Shown here: piece by piece, positions 22,787-34,504 of the stretch
Position numbering within the stretch: position 1 is the stretch's first letter
Layout of the letters: each line of letters starts with the position of its first letter
Assembly: GCF_054482595.1 (NCBI RefSeq)
Contig: NZ_CM137008.1
Reading direction: 5' to 3' (one strand)
DNA length: 64,000 bases
Notes under the pieces: model-generated
The model's database searches: none
Seen by the model: the letters and a program-made list of their open reading frames with translations, nothing else
Told to the model about the DNA's origin: nothing
Position numbers and translations under genes: made by a program

Positions 22787-23152
22787 GGTTTATTTCCTCT
22801 TTCTTTCCCGGCAAGAATTTATTTTAATCCGGAAGGATTATTTATTTTCAGATAGGGACTCACATTAAACACGTAACATTTTAATTAATGCATGGCTGAA
22901 TATGTATTACACAATGTCAGATATCGTAAAAGACCAGTGCAATTCTATGTAAACTCTCTGACTGTTCATTTTATTTGTTGCTTCAGGGTCGGAACTCACC
23001 CTCAATAAACAACTGAATACGAGTAGATATTCATCGTCTGAGCTATATGGCTTTACACAATAGCCGACATGTCTTTTCTCAGTCAGGATTTTTACTTTTC
23101 CTCACTACGAAGTTGACGACTTCGATATGGGATAGACTCTTAATTCAAGCAA

Positions 23153-23644
23153 TTACTCTGCACAAGCATCAGGCAATCCAGCTCCAATATTTGTTATAAA
23201 ATAATGCGTAACATTAATTTCACCAACAAAAAAAAGATTTACGCTATCCCCTTGCCCTGGTATTTTACCATATTTACACCACACTTTTTTTGTATCTGGA
23301 TCATTCTTTGATACGATTTTCGCCACTTGTTCCCTGGCCCTCACCGTCAATGTTTTCTTAAACCTCCCCCCATCATCGATTGTTAGGGAAAAATAAGAAA
23401 AAAAATAATCATCTTCTACATTTGTGGATATTGATATATCCACCGCTACGTGCGGAAAAAAATCTGGGAGCCATGTAAAAACTCCATCATTTTCTGGTAT
23501 TGCCATATAGTTTATGTAATGCTTACTTACAAGAGATTCATCTTTGTGTAAATAAAGATAAGTAGTCACGCATAAAAAAACAACGATTATAATAGCAAAA
23601 ATAAATATTACCATCTTTGAGATGTTACTTGAGATAGCCACCAT
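23153..23644 (-). CDS. putative Rhs immunity protein, N-terminal membrane anchor
   Basis: 163-aa AT-rich ORF whose ATG lies 20 nt inside the rhs 3' end; hydrophobic N-terminus ([15 protein letters not shown]). Confidence 0.7.
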   Translation of the reverse strand: MVAISSNISKMVIFIFAIIIVVFLCVTTYLYLHKDESLVSKHYINYMAIPENDGVFTWLPDFFPHVAVDISISTNVEDDYFFSYFSLTIDDGGRFKKTLTVRAREQVAKIVSKNDPDTKKVWCKYGKIPGQGDSVNLFFVGEINVTHYFITNIGAGLPDACAE

Positions 23645-26600
23645 CTTGTAAAGCCTTTATCGTTTTTTTATGCTCTGGATTAATATAATCAATACATCTA
23701 TTTGAGCAATCTTGTGTTAATGGACATGTCAACCCATGTTCATTTACAGCCAAGTCTTTTTTATTATCTTCAATCATCTCAGAATGGGATAACTTTACTT
23801 TTCTGCCGTACATACCGAACATATTTAACCCGTAATCTCTAATCTCTTTTTCATAACCCAGCCCTTTCGCCGATCGGCTAACACCAGCGTCATTTAATTT
23901 AGACACTCGACAAAATGCCATACAATGGAAAAATTGATCAGTCCCACCTAAATTTAATCTCTTCATATCATCATAAGTATCAGATAATATATCCCATGCT
24001 CTTTGATGGTTTAGTTGTTCTTTTTTTCGCATTAACGCTACATCTGCAGGACTTAACCCTAATGGATCAATACCATTCACCGGATACGCATACAGACTCC
24101 ATCCCCCCGCCAGCCCAATCGGGTCCTGAGTAATATATCGTCCCAGCAACGGATTGTAGTACCGGTTCCGGTTATAATACAGCCCCGACTCCTCATCATA
24201 CTGCTGCCCTGGCAGACGGTACGGCTGATACACATGATGCGGGTTCTCCTCATTAAGCTGGTTGCCCCATTCATCATATTCCGCGCTCCACGCCGTATTG
24301 CCGTCTTCGCTGATAAGCGCCAGCGGCAGTCCCCGGTGGTCGCAGTGATAAAGATGAGCTTTTCGCGCCGGTGTGTATTCCGGCTCCACCTGTCTGGCCA
24401 GTTGCTCCACCGTCAGCCCGCACTGCGCAAGCCACGCCCGGCTTTCACTGCTCACGCGGTCTGCCCGGATTTCTTCCTCCAGTCTGTCCAGCAGCCGCAC
24501 CAGTTCAGCCGGAAATACCACGCCGTGCCCGTCCTCGCTCCCTTCCTGCTGCAGCTTCTCCGCCAGGCTGCGGCGCTGCGCTTTCTCCCGCTCGCCGTTG
24601 TCTGTTTCGATGCGGATGAGCGGCGCGAAGCTCCCCGGCTGATATACCGTCTGGATACGCGTGGTGTCGGTCTGTACCGTCGTCAGCCGGTCGCCGTCCC
24701 ACCCGTACCACGTCACCTCCGGTTTCCGCGACAGCGACATCCATCCCGTCAGGTCACGCTCGCGACGCCACACCCGTTTCCCTGTCCGGCGACCCAGCGG
24801 GTCGTAAAGGTATCGGCTCTCGACCAGCGGCTCCTCATATTGGATACGGATGTAATGGACCAGGCGGTGCAGGCTGTCGTAATGGTAGTGATGGGTGCGC
24901 TCGTCGTCCGTCCGTATCACACCCGCCGGGATGCGGTCCGTCTTCTCCGTCAGTCTGCCGTATTCATCGTAGTGGTAAACATAGTGCGCATCCTTCGCGA
25001 TGCGGTTATCCGGCCACACTGTGAGGGTACTGTCCGGGTGCAGCTCCGGGTCCGGCAGGCGGTTTCCCGCCGGGTCGGTGGCATACGGGATGCGGATGTC
25101 CAGGTCCGGTGCGAGGGTACGCACGCTCTCCAGCCTGCCCGTGGCGCTGTAGCCGTATTCCCGCGTCTGTCGCGGGCCGCTGATGCGCACCAGGTCGCCG
25201 TTGTCATTCCACCCGTAGTCACGGTCATACACCAGGCTGTTCAGGTGCTGGCTCTGTAACTGGCCTGCGGGGGTGTATGTGCTGGTCAGTTTATATGCGG
25301 CATTACTGCCTGCCATGCTGCCAAAGCTGCGCACCGTCTCCCGGTGCATGCGGTCGCGCGTGTACTCCAGCAGCGGCGTGTCGCCAAGCTTCATGCCCGC
25401 CAGATAACCGCTGCCGTAGGTCAGCCACTCCACCGGCGGCAGGCTGTCCGGCGTGACGCGGTTTGCCAGCCCCTGTTCGTTGTAGGCGTGTGTTGTCTCA
25501 TGCTGCCACAGCAGTTCCCCCGTCTCCGGGTTCTCCACCGTCTGCCGTTCGCCGGTCAGGCGGCCCTTATCGTCGTAGCCGTAGTGGACAGCGACACGGT
25601 GGCCTTCGCTCAGGTGGCTGATGTCTGTCAGCCAGCCGTGGTCATCATACTGCCACTGCTCTGCCGGTTCGCCGTTCACCGTGCGGTGAGTGATACGGTC
25701 CGATTCATCGTAGTACCAGAGGGTGACAAGCCCCTCATCTTCACTCTGCGTGAGTTTTCCGGTCAGGTCATAATGATAACGCTGCGTCCGCCCGTCAAAG
25801 CCGCCCTGCTGTACCAACCGGTCCAGCGCATCGTAGCTGAAGTCGCTGTGGCTGCCGTTCTCGTTAGTCAGACTGATGACACGTCCGGCAGCATCGTACT
25901 CCATACTGCGCGTCAGCCCGCCCTGCGTGGTGCTGACCGCCTTTCCCCACGCATCGTACTGTGTCTCGCTCCGGTTGCCGTCCGGGGTGATAACGGCAGT
26001 CAGGTCGCCTGCGGCGTTGTACTCATACTGCGTTTCACGGCCCTGTGCGTCTTTCACCGAGGTTAACCGGCCACGGTTGTCATAGTGGCGGTAAAGGCTG
26101 ATACCTTCCTCGCGGTGAACCGCCGTCATCTGGCCGAAGCGGTCGTATTCATAGCGGGTCTGGTAGCCCGAGCAGTCGGTGAACGCCAGCAACTGACCGT
26201 AGCGGCTCCACGTCATCTGCCGGGTGCTGCCCGTCGCATCTGTTGTCGTGGCCGGTAATTCACTGTGCGCATCATCATAGCGGTAGCGTACTGTCTCCCC
26301 GCTGCGCGATGTCTCCGTTACCAGCCTGTCCAGTTCATCATATGCCCGGCGGCTCTCCAGCCCGTCCGGGGACACCACCGCCGTCAGCTGGTTCCCGTCG
26401 TTATAGTAAAATTTCGTCTCCCGCCCGTCCGGTGTGGTGATGTCCGTGATATCGCCGGACACCACATTCAGACCGTACTCTGTCCGCCGTCCCGCCGCGT
26501 CCGTCTGCGCCGTGAGCCTTCCTGCCGCGTCATACCCGCTGTGCGTGACGCTGCCATCCGCCAGTTCTTTTTTCACCACCCGTTTCAGCCCGCCTTCACC

Positions 26601-27827
26601 TTCTGTATGCAGCACCTCACGCCGGTTCAGGCTGTCGGTGACGGTGATGCGGTCCTGCTCATACTGGTAGCGGTAACTCAGGCCTGCCGGGTTAAGCTGC
26701 TCCACCACCCGCCCGGTATCGTCGTAGCGGTAGCGCATCTCCGGCCTTCCCGCATAACGGTGCCCCACCATCCGGCCCGGGTGCTGCGCGTCATACGTGA
26801 AAGCGCGCACCTGTGTCCCGCTGCGGTCATATACCGCCAGCAGTTCACCGGCTTCCGTATACGTGTACCGCGCCAGTGGCGCTCCGGGCAGGCTCTCCGG
26901 GTATGCCGGGTCGTGCATCAGCCACACCGCCAAAAGGCGGATACCCCTGTCGGGGCCGTATTCGGTACCGGGCAGTGTGTCGGGGAACGCTGAGGCTGAG
27001 AGAGGGCGGGGTGTGTCAGGGGAAGATAAGGAAGCGGTGCGCTGTTTACGGGCCTCTTCCGCACGCTGCGCCTGCGTGGTCAGCACCAGACGGAACTCCC
27101 GCCCGGCACCGTCCGTCACGCCGGTGATTTCCCCGGCCAGGTCACCGGCGGCCTCACGCCGGTACGTCAGCGTCCGCCCGAAGCGGTCTGCCAGCCCGGT
27201 AAGCACCCGGTACGGCGGCAGCGGCGCTGGCAGTACGTCCTCAGCACCCGGCACCAGCTCTGACCACCCCAGTATCCACCACGGCCCCTGTGCGCTGTTG
27301 GTCGCCAGGTAAAGATGCGGGCTTAACCGGATATCCGGCGGCAGCGACGCCCACAGCCGTGCCAGCGTATGGCCGTCCGGCTGCGTTGCCTTACCGCCAC
27401 GCACCAGCCACAGGGACTCGCTGCGGCTGTACACCGCCTCACCCGGCAGCAGCGGCTCAAAGTGAATGCTCCGTCCGCCGTTGTCGTTGAGTACCAGTGC
27501 ATCATCGCGTATCTGTAAGCGGATATCAGAAGGCGCTTTCCAGCCGGGGCCAAAAATCCCCACCGGTGCAGGCGTCTTCGTCCGGTAGCTGCTGTAGGTG
27601 CGGGAGAGAATGAACGGCAGCGGGCCGGGCAGCGCAAGGTCCGTCTCGCCGGGCAGCACCTTCGCCCCCAGCAGCGGATTTACCGGGTTGCCCGAAGTCA
27701 TCCCGCCCGGACACACCGAGCACGCCACGCCAGTTGGCGCGCCAATTCTTACACCTGCCGAACCCTGGACAATGGGACCGCCATACTGAGTCATATCTCC
27801 CTGACGCGCCGCTGGTTTTCCGCTCAT
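23625..27827 (-). CDS. rhsD: Rhs-family polymorphic toxin: PAAR-like N-terminus, YD-repeat core, variable C-terminal toxin domain
   Basis: 1400-aa ORF; many YD repeats; core ends at [10 protein letters not shown] (about 24045-24060) followed by about 143 aa of AT-rich unique sequence; sits between ybbP and selU. Confidence 0.92.
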   Translation of the reverse strand: MSGKPAARQGDMTQYGGPIVQGSAGVRIGAPTGVACSVCPGGMTSGNPVNPLLGAKVLPGETDLALPGPLPFILSRTYSSYRTKTPAPVGIFGPGWKAPSDIRLQIRDDALVLNDNGGRSIHFEPLLPGEAVYSRSESLWLVRGGKATQPDGHTLARLWASLPPDIRLSPHLYLATNSAQGPWWILGWSELVPGAEDVLPAPLPPYRVLTGLADRFGRTLTYRREAAGDLAGEITGVTDGAGREFRLVLTTQAQRAEEARKQRTASLSSPDTPRPLSASAFPDTLPGTEYGPDRGIRLLAVWLMHDPAYPESLPGAPLARYTYTEAGELLAVYDRSGTQVRAFTYDAQHPGRMVGHRYAGRPEMRYRYDDTGRVVEQLNPAGLSYRYQYEQDRITVTDSLNRREVLHTEGEGGLKRVVKKELADGSVTHSGYDAAGRLTAQTDAAGRRTEYGLNVVSGDITDITTPDGRETKFYYNDGNQLTAVVSPDGLESRRAYDELDRLVTETSRSGETVRYRYDDAHSELPATTTDATGSTRQMTWSRYGQLLAFTDCSGYQTRYEYDRFGQMTAVHREEGISLYRHYDNRGRLTSVKDAQGRETQYEYNAAGDLTAVITPDGNRSETQYDAWGKAVSTTQGGLTRSMEYDAAGRVISLTNENGSHSDFSYDALDRLVQQGGFDGRTQRYHYDLTGKLTQSEDEGLVTLWYYDESDRITHRTVNGEPAEQWQYDDHGWLTDISHLSEGHRVAVHYGYDDKGRLTGERQTVENPETGELLWQHETTHAYNEQGLANRVTPDSLPPVEWLTYGSGYLAGMKLGDTPLLEYTRDRMHRETVRSFGSMAGSNAAYKLTSTYTPAGQLQSQHLNSLVYDRDYGWNDNGDLVRISGPRQTREYGYSATGRLESVRTLAPDLDIRIPYATDPAGNRLPDPELHPDSTLTVWPDNRIAKDAHYVYHYDEYGRLTEKTDRIPAGVIRTDDERTHHYHYDSLHRLVHYIRIQYEEPLVESRYLYDPLGRRTGKRVWRRERDLTGWMSLSRKPEVTWYGWDGDRLTTVQTDTTRIQTVYQPGSFAPLIRIETDNGEREKAQRRSLAEKLQQEGSEDGHGVVFPAELVRLLDRLEEEIRADRVSSESRAWLAQCGLTVEQLARQVEPEYTPARKAHLYHCDHRGLPLALISEDGNTAWSAEYDEWGNQLNEENPHHVYQPYRLPGQQYDEESGLYYNRNRYYNPLLGRYITQDPIGLAGGWSLYAYPVNGIDPLGLSPADVALMRKKEQLNHQRAWDILSDTYDDMKRLNLGGTDQFFHCMAFCRVSKLNDAGVSRSAKGLGYEKEIRDYGLNMFGMYGRKVKLSHSEMIEDNKKDLAVNEHGLTCPLTQDCSNRCIDYINPEHKKTIKALQDGGYLK

Positions 27828-28256
27828 ATAAAGTGCCCTTTTAGTTATTGTTCATATCCCTGTGTTAGCAACAAAAAAAATAAAATGACACACAAGACCA
27901 GCTAATGTATTTATATATTTTTCACATAAACTTATTTGTTCTCAATCAACAACAACTGTTATTACAGGTCACTTTCAATATTTTATTAAACTAACATTTT
28001 TAGCACAGATGAATTCATCATCAACAAATTCACTATATGGATAATATCCATTCAACGCATATGATTTATGATTTTATTAGTCTGAGTTATTTTTGTAGGG
28101 CTATATTTAAAATCAATAAACTCCACCGATTCAGATTAATATCAGCAATAGAAAGATAGGAAATCACCAATTCAATAACATCATCAATGAAACATATTGT
28201 AGAATTAATTTAAACAAGGCGTTCCATTCAACCAGAACGCCCCTTATTTACTCTCA

Positions 28257-30671
28257 TCACCCCGCAAACTGCCTGAACAGCGCCTTACCCTTAACCAGTC
28301 GCGCACCCAGCCAGCCGCCGAAAAGCGACAGCAGCAGCGCTCCGCTGCACGGCAGAACAATCCACAATCGCCAGTCTGGCTCCCACGGAAAATCAAACAC
28401 TTTCGCCTGCAACACTGCCAGCGCCGTTTCCGCACCAATTGCGGCCACCAGGCCGGAAACAAACCCAAGCATGGCGAACTCACACCACAACGTGGTACGC
28501 AGCAGTTTTTTCCCCGCACCGAGTGTGCGCCACACCACCAGCTCCTGGTGGCGCTGACGCATACCCACCTGCACCTGTGCCAGCAACAGCAACATACCGC
28601 AGGCGGTGACCAGCACCACCATCACCTCCAGCGCCCGACTTACCTGCTCCAGCACCTGACCGACCTGTTTTAAAATCGCGCCAATGTCTAACAGGCTAAT
28701 GGTCGGGAACTGGCGGTTGAGTTGCGTCAACATGCCGTTGCCATTCTCCCAGCGGAAACTGGTAAGCCAGCTCTGCGGTTGCCCGTCTAATGCCCCTTCC
28801 GGGAAAATAAAATAGAAATTAGGCCGCAGACTTTCCCAGTCCACTTTGCGCAGGCTGGTCACTTTAGCGCGGAACTCCTGGGTATCGCCCATAAAAGTCA
28901 CGGTATCACCGAGGGCAACCTTTAAGCGTTTCGCCAGCCCCTCTTCCATCGACACTTCATCGGCTTTTGGCGGCCAGTTACCGGCGACAATCGGATTATG
29001 ATCGGGCCGCGTATTTTGCCAGGTAAGATTGAGTTCGCGGTTAAGCGCCTCATCTTCATTACCTTCTGTCGGCTTATCGTTAATCGCCGTCAGCCGCGCC
29101 CGCACCACCGGATAAAACGATTCCGGGACTATCTGATGTTCCGCGAGGAACGCTTTTAGCGGTGCTACCTGTTCTGTGGCGATGTTAATTAAAAAGTAGT
29201 TCGGGCTTTCTGGAGGTAGCTGCTGCTGCCAGCGGTCGAGCAGATCACCACGCAACACCAGCAGCAGTGCCAGCAGCATAAAGGAGAGCGAAAATGCCGA
29301 AAGCTGGCTTAACGTTGACCACGGCTGACGTAACAGGCGGCTGACCGCCAGGCGCAGAGGCAGCGATTTCAGCGTCATGCGGCGAAGTACATTCAGCAGC
29401 ATCCAGCCCAGCACACCGCACAGCAAAGCCAGTACTACCGCGCCCGCCAGCACCGCCCAGAGCAGCATACTGCCCCCCATTAATCCGGCGAGCAGCAGCA
29501 CAACCACTACACTGACAATCGGCAGATAAAACTTCAGCGGCCAGACGTTCGCTACCACATCATTACGTAATACGCGTAAAGGCTGCGTTGCCAGCAACAA
29601 GCGGTATGGTCGTAGCCCCACCAGCAGCGAGATGACCGTCATGGTGCCCAGCGCCCATAGCCACGGCCAGAGGCTGGCTGGCGGTAGTGCAGCAGGCAGA
29701 ACGGGCTTGAGCAGCACCATCAACACGTTTTCGAACAACAGGCCTATCGCCCCACCGGTAACGGCTGAAAGCGTCAGCACCATCAACCACTGACCGACGA
29801 TTAGCTTACGCAGTTGCGCTCGCCCTGCCCCCAGCGTTTTGAGGATCGCCACCAGATCGTAGCGACTGCGACAGTAATGATTCATCGCTACCGCCACTGC
29901 TGCCACTGCCAGCAGCAAGGTCAGAAGCGCCGAAAGCAGCAGGAACTGTTGCGAGCGTTCCATCGATCGCCCCAGCGCGCCTTCGTCCTGTTCCAGACCG
30001 TACCAGCGTTGTTCGGGTTTAAGCTGGGGTAACAACCATTTCTCATAGCCGTCGAGCTGGTTCTCGTTGCCGCCGAATTTATAACGCCAGGTGACCCGAC
30101 TCCCCGGCTGCACGGCTCCGGTTTTATCGACATCCGCCAGATTCATCATCAGACGCGGAGCCATCTGGAAGGGGTTAAAACCGGAATCCGGTTCCTGAAT
30201 CACTTCTCCGGCAATCCGCAAGGTGGCATCGCCCACGTCAATGGTGTCGCCCGTTTTCAGGTTAAGCAGCGCCATCAGGCGTGGGGCCAGCAATACGCTG
30301 CCCGCCTGCGGTTTCAGGCCAGGGGGATTAGTTTGCAGATCGCCATACATCGGGTAGATATCATCCACCGCTTTGACGTTCGCCAGCTGCGGTGTGTCGC
30401 CTGCAAATGTCATGGTGGCGAAAGTCAGCTGCTTGCCGACTTTCAGGCCGCGCTTTTGCGCTTCCTCCAGCCATGCTTGCGGCACTTCGCGCGAACTGCG
30501 CAACGCCCGATCGCCCGCCATAAACTCCCGGCTTTGTTGGCTTAAGCCCTTCTCCATGCGATCGCTGATATTGCCCAGCGCCAGCACGCAGGCCACCGCC
30601 AGGCTTAGCGCCAGCCAGACAATTAATAGCGACGGCGAACGCCATTCGCGCCAGAACCAACGTGCAATCAT
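28257..30671 (-). CDS. ybbP: ABC transporter permease, FtsX/MacB-like
   Basis: 804-aa membrane ORF; 4-nt overlap with upstream ybbA. Confidence 0.9.
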   Translation of the reverse strand: MIARWFWREWRSPSLLIVWLALSLAVACVLALGNISDRMEKGLSQQSREFMAGDRALRSSREVPQAWLEEAQKRGLKVGKQLTFATMTFAGDTPQLANVKAVDDIYPMYGDLQTNPPGLKPQAGSVLLAPRLMALLNLKTGDTIDVGDATLRIAGEVIQEPDSGFNPFQMAPRLMMNLADVDKTGAVQPGSRVTWRYKFGGNENQLDGYEKWLLPQLKPEQRWYGLEQDEGALGRSMERSQQFLLLSALLTLLLAVAAVAVAMNHYCRSRYDLVAILKTLGAGRAQLRKLIVGQWLMVLTLSAVTGGAIGLLFENVLMVLLKPVLPAALPPASLWPWLWALGTMTVISLLVGLRPYRLLLATQPLRVLRNDVVANVWPLKFYLPIVSVVVVLLLAGLMGGSMLLWAVLAGAVVLALLCGVLGWMLLNVLRRMTLKSLPLRLAVSRLLRQPWSTLSQLSAFSLSFMLLALLLVLRGDLLDRWQQQLPPESPNYFLINIATEQVAPLKAFLAEHQIVPESFYPVVRARLTAINDKPTEGNEDEALNRELNLTWQNTRPDHNPIVAGNWPPKADEVSMEEGLAKRLKVALGDTVTFMGDTQEFRAKVTSLRKVDWESLRPNFYFIFPEGALDGQPQSWLTSFRWENGNGMLTQLNRQFPTISLLDIGAILKQVGQVLEQVSRALEVMVVLVTACGMLLLLAQVQVGMRQRHQELVVWRTLGAGKKLLRTTLWCEFAMLGFVSGLVAAIGAETALAVLQAKVFDFPWEPDWRLWIVLPCSGALLLSLFGGWLGARLVKGKALFRQFAG

Positions 30672-31354
30672 GCTTCCTCCTGCAACTGCCCGTTCACCAG
30701 CCGTAAGCAGCGGTCGCAGCGTGCCGCCAGTTGCAGGTCGTGGGTCACCATAATCAACGTGGTGCCATGTTCACGGTTGAGGGAAAACAGCAGGTCGGCA
30801 ATTTTATCGCCCGTCTGGCGGTCAAGGTTGCCGGTGGGTTCGTCGGCAAACAGCACATCAGGTCGACCATTAAAGGCTCGTGCCAGCGCCACTCGTTGCT
30901 GTTCACCGCCGGAAAGCTGTGCCGGAAGATGATCCAGACGTTTACCCAGCCCTAACTGTTCGAGCAACGCTTTCGCCCCGTTACGACTTTCCGCGCTACT
31001 CTCACCGCGCAGCAGAGCCGGAAGCTCGACGTTTTCCAGCGCGTTAAGGGTAGGAATTAACATAAATGACTGAAAAACAAAGCCGACGTGCTTCGCGCGC
31101 AACTTTGCCCGCGCTTCTTCGTCCATATTATGTAGCGGTTGTCCCACCAGACTCACTTCGCCACTGCTGCCGTCATCAAGCCCGGCGAGGATCGCCAGCA
31201 AGGTTGACTTACCCGATCCCGACTCGCCCACCAGTGCGATGGTCTCGCCACGTTTGACAACCAGCTCAACTCCGGTGAGGATGGAGAGTTCATGCTCCCC
31301 CTGACCGACGGACTTCTTAAGATGATGAACTTCAACAATGTTTTCCGCTGGCAT
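30668..31354 (-). CDS. ybbA: ABC transporter ATP-binding protein
   Basis: 228-aa ORF with Walker A GESGSGKST and LSGGEQQR signature. Confidence 0.9.
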   Translation of the reverse strand: MPAENIVEVHHLKKSVGQGEHELSILTGVELVVKRGETIALVGESGSGKSTLLAILAGLDDGSSGEVSLVGQPLHNMDEEARAKLRAKHVGFVFQSFMLIPTLNALENVELPALLRGESSAESRNGAKALLEQLGLGKRLDHLPAQLSGGEQQRVALARAFNGRPDVLFADEPTGNLDRQTGDKIADLLFSLNREHGTTLIMVTHDLQLAARCDRCLRLVNGQLQEEA

Positions 31355-31948
31355 TTGCCCTTCCTGTTCCTGGTCCTGTTAACCTTCCGTGCCGCCGCAG
31401 CGGACACGTTATTGATTCTGGGTGATAGCCTGAGCGCCGGGTATCGAATGTCTGCCAGCGCGGCCTGGCCTGCCTTGTTGAATGATAAGTGGCAGAGTAA
31501 AACGTCGGTAGTTAATGCCAGCATCAGCGGCGACACCTCGCAACAAGGACTGGCACGCCTTCCGGCTCTGCTGAAACAGCATCAGCCGCGTTGGGTGCTG
31601 GTTGAACTGGGCGGCAATGACGGTTTGCGTGGTTTTCAGCCACAGCAAACCGAGCAAACGCTGCGCCAGATTTTGCAGGATGTCAAAGCCGCCAACGCTG
31701 AACCATTGTTAATGCAAATACGTCTGCCTGCAAACTATGGTCGCCGTTATAATGAAGCCTTTAGCGCCATTTACCCCAAACTCGCCAAAGAGTTTGATGT
31801 TCCGCTGCTGCCCTTTTTTATGGAAGAGGTCTACCTCAAGCCACAATGGATGCAGGATGACGGTATTCATCCCAACCGCGACGCCCAGCCGTTTATTGCC
31901 GACTGGATGGCGAAGCAGTTGCAGCCTTTAGTAAATCATGACTCATAA
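31322..31948 (+). CDS. tesA: thioesterase I / lysophospholipase L1 (GDSL hydrolase)
   Basis: 208 aa from ATG 31322 (MMNFNNVFRW); signal peptide then GDSLSAGY; ORF track extends 10 codons upstream. Confidence 0.9.
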   Translation: MMNFNNVFRWHLPFLFLVLLTFRAAAADTLLILGDSLSAGYRMSASAAWPALLNDKWQSKTSVVNASISGDTSQQGLARLPALLKQHQPRWVLVELGGNDGLRGFQPQQTEQTLRQILQDVKAANAEPLLMQIRLPANYGRRYNEAFSAIYPKLAKEFDVPLLPFFMEEVYLKPQWMQDDGIHPNRDAQPFIADWMAKQLQPLVNHDS

Positions 31949-32747
31949 AGCAACGGAGATCCTGACAGGTAAAGTTATGCAAAAATCGGTCTTAATTACC
32001 GGATGTTCCAGTGGAATTGGCCTGGAAAGCGCGCTCGAATTAAAACGCCAGGGTTTTCATGTGCTGGCAGGTTGCCGAAAACCGGATGATGTTGAGCGTA
32101 TGAACAACATGGGATTTACCGGCGTGTTGATCGATCTGGATTCACCAGAAAGTGTTGATCGCGCAGCAGACGAGGTGATCGCCCTGACCGATAATTGTCT
32201 GTATGGGATCTTTAACAATGCCGGATTCGGCATGTATGGCCCCCTTTCCACCATCAGCCGTGCGCAGATGGAACAGCAGTTTTCCGCCAACTTTTTCGGC
32301 GCACACCAGCTCACCATGCGCCTGTTACCCGCGATGTTACCGCACGGTGAAGGGCGTATTGTGATGACATCATCGGTGATGGGATTAATCTCCACGCCGG
32401 GTCGTGGCGCTTACGCGGCCAGTAAATATGCGCTGGAGGCGTGGTCAGACGCACTGCGCATGGAGCTGCGCCACAGCGGAATTAAAGTCAGCCTGATCGA
32501 ACCCGGTCCCATTCGTACTCGCTTCACCGACAACGTCAACCAGACGCAAAGTGATAAACCAGTCGAAAATCCCGGCATCGCCGCCCGCTTTACGTTGGGA
32601 CCGGAAGCGGTGGTGGACAAAGTACGCCATGCTTTTATTAGCGAGAAGCCGAAGATGCGCTATCCGGTAACGCTGGTGACCTGGGCAGTAATGGTGCTCA
32701 AGCGCCTGCTGCCGGGGCGCGTGATGGACAAAATATTGCAGGGGTGA
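31938..32747 (+). CDS. ybbO: short-chain dehydrogenase/reductase
   Basis: 269-aa ORF; TGCSSGIG NAD(P)-binding motif. Confidence 0.88.
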   Translation: MTHKATEILTGKVMQKSVLITGCSSGIGLESALELKRQGFHVLAGCRKPDDVERMNNMGFTGVLIDLDSPESVDRAADEVIALTDNCLYGIFNNAGFGMYGPLSTISRAQMEQQFSANFFGAHQLTMRLLPAMLPHGEGRIVMTSSVMGLISTPGRGAYAASKYALEAWSDALRMELRHSGIKVSLIEPGPIRTRFTDNVNQTQSDKPVENPGIAARFTLGPEAVVDKVRHAFISEKPKMRYPVTLVTWAVMVLKRLLPGRVMDKILQG

Positions 32748-32765
32748 GTTGAAGCGCGCGCTTAA

Positions 32766-33662
<897 letters not shown>

Positions 33663-33692
33663 TATTCCGTTGATCGGCACATGAACCACAAC

Positions 33693-33718
33693 GCCGGATG
33701 CGATGCTGCGCATCCGGC
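33693..33718. terminator. GC-rich hairpin between convergent cnoX and fetB
   Basis: gccggatgcg-atgctg-cgcatccggc perfect 10-bp stem; no strong U-run on either side. Confidence 0.5.
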
Positions 33719-33724
33719 ATCGCA

Positions 33725-34504
33725 TCATTTCTTCTTCAATTGCGTCACCACCAACTGGTGGCGCGAATTATAAAACTTACGATAGGTTAAATAGCAGGCA
33801 ATAATGGTCGACAAGCTGGCGGTTGAGAGCAGCATAAAGGTCACCATAATCTGATATTTAATCGCCTTCACCGGATCAATCCCGGCAAATATCAGCCCGG
33901 ACATCATTCCTGGTAAACTCACTAAGCCAACCGTTTTTGCTGAATCGACCGTCGGAATTAAAGCCGCGCGAATACTGTCGCGAATCAATATCGCTGAAGC
34001 CTGCTTCGGCGTCGCACCAAGACTCAGTTTCTCCTGAATCTGTTGCTGTTCGCTAATGACCCGTTGCCCTAAATTGTTGTAACACAACCCCACCGCTACC
34101 ATGGCGTTACCGGCAATCATCCCGGCGATAGGGATCACCTGCATCGGGATAAATTCAATCGACCCAGAGAGAATCAGCACCGCCAGGGTAATTCCCGCCC
34201 CGACCGTAATGGCAATAAACGATGAGATAAAAGCTTTAGCAATATATTTACTGCGTTTTTGCGCGTTCCACGCCGCATTAAAGCAGATAAATAACACCAT
34301 CAATAATGTCAGGCTGGCATCATCCACGCTGAAAATATACTTCAGCACATAGCCGACAATAATCAGCTGAATTATCGCTCGCCCGACGCTCCAGAAAATA
34401 TCTTTCTCCAGCGCCAGTTTTTCTTTATGGCTAATTAAGATTGCCACCACCACCAGCATTAATGCCAGTGCCAATGATTCGTTAGTAATATTATGCGAGT
34501 TCAT
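33725..34504 (-). CDS. fetB: iron export ABC permease
   Basis: Start set at ATG 34504 (MNSHNITNE, 259 aa), overlapping fetA 3' end by 14 nt. Confidence 0.85.
   Translation of the reverse strand: MNSHNITNESLALALMLVVVAILISHKEKLALEKDIFWSVGRAIIQLIIVGYVLKYIFSVDDASLTLLMVLFICFNAAWNAQKRSKYIAKAFISSFIAITVGAGITLAVLILSGSIEFIPMQVIPIAGMIAGNAMVAVGLCYNNLGQRVISEQQQIQEKLSLGATPKQASAILIRDSIRAALIPTVDSAKTVGLVSLPGMMSGLIFAGIDPVKAIKYQIMVTFMLLSTASLSTIIACYLTYRKFYNSRHQLVVTQLKKK

Noticed and set aside
22653-22868. 71-aa plus-strand ORF containing PAEPWTIGPPY
   Set aside because: It is the antisense reading of the rhs 5' remnant; the same antisense peptide appears opposite the true rhs start at 27598-27789
22870-23150. 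Possible orphan toxin/immunity cassette in the AT-rich stretch downstream of the immunity gene
   Set aside because: No ORF longer than about 40 codons on either strand when read by hand; only a weak 6-bp-arm hairpin at about 23108-23124
24234-27312. Long plus-strand ORFs (341, 240, 242, 171 aa and others) inside the rhs region
   Set aside because: Antisense to the 1400-aa Rhs ORF in a GC-rich repeat region where stop codons are rare; translations are low-complexity Arg/Ala/Pro-rich with no start context
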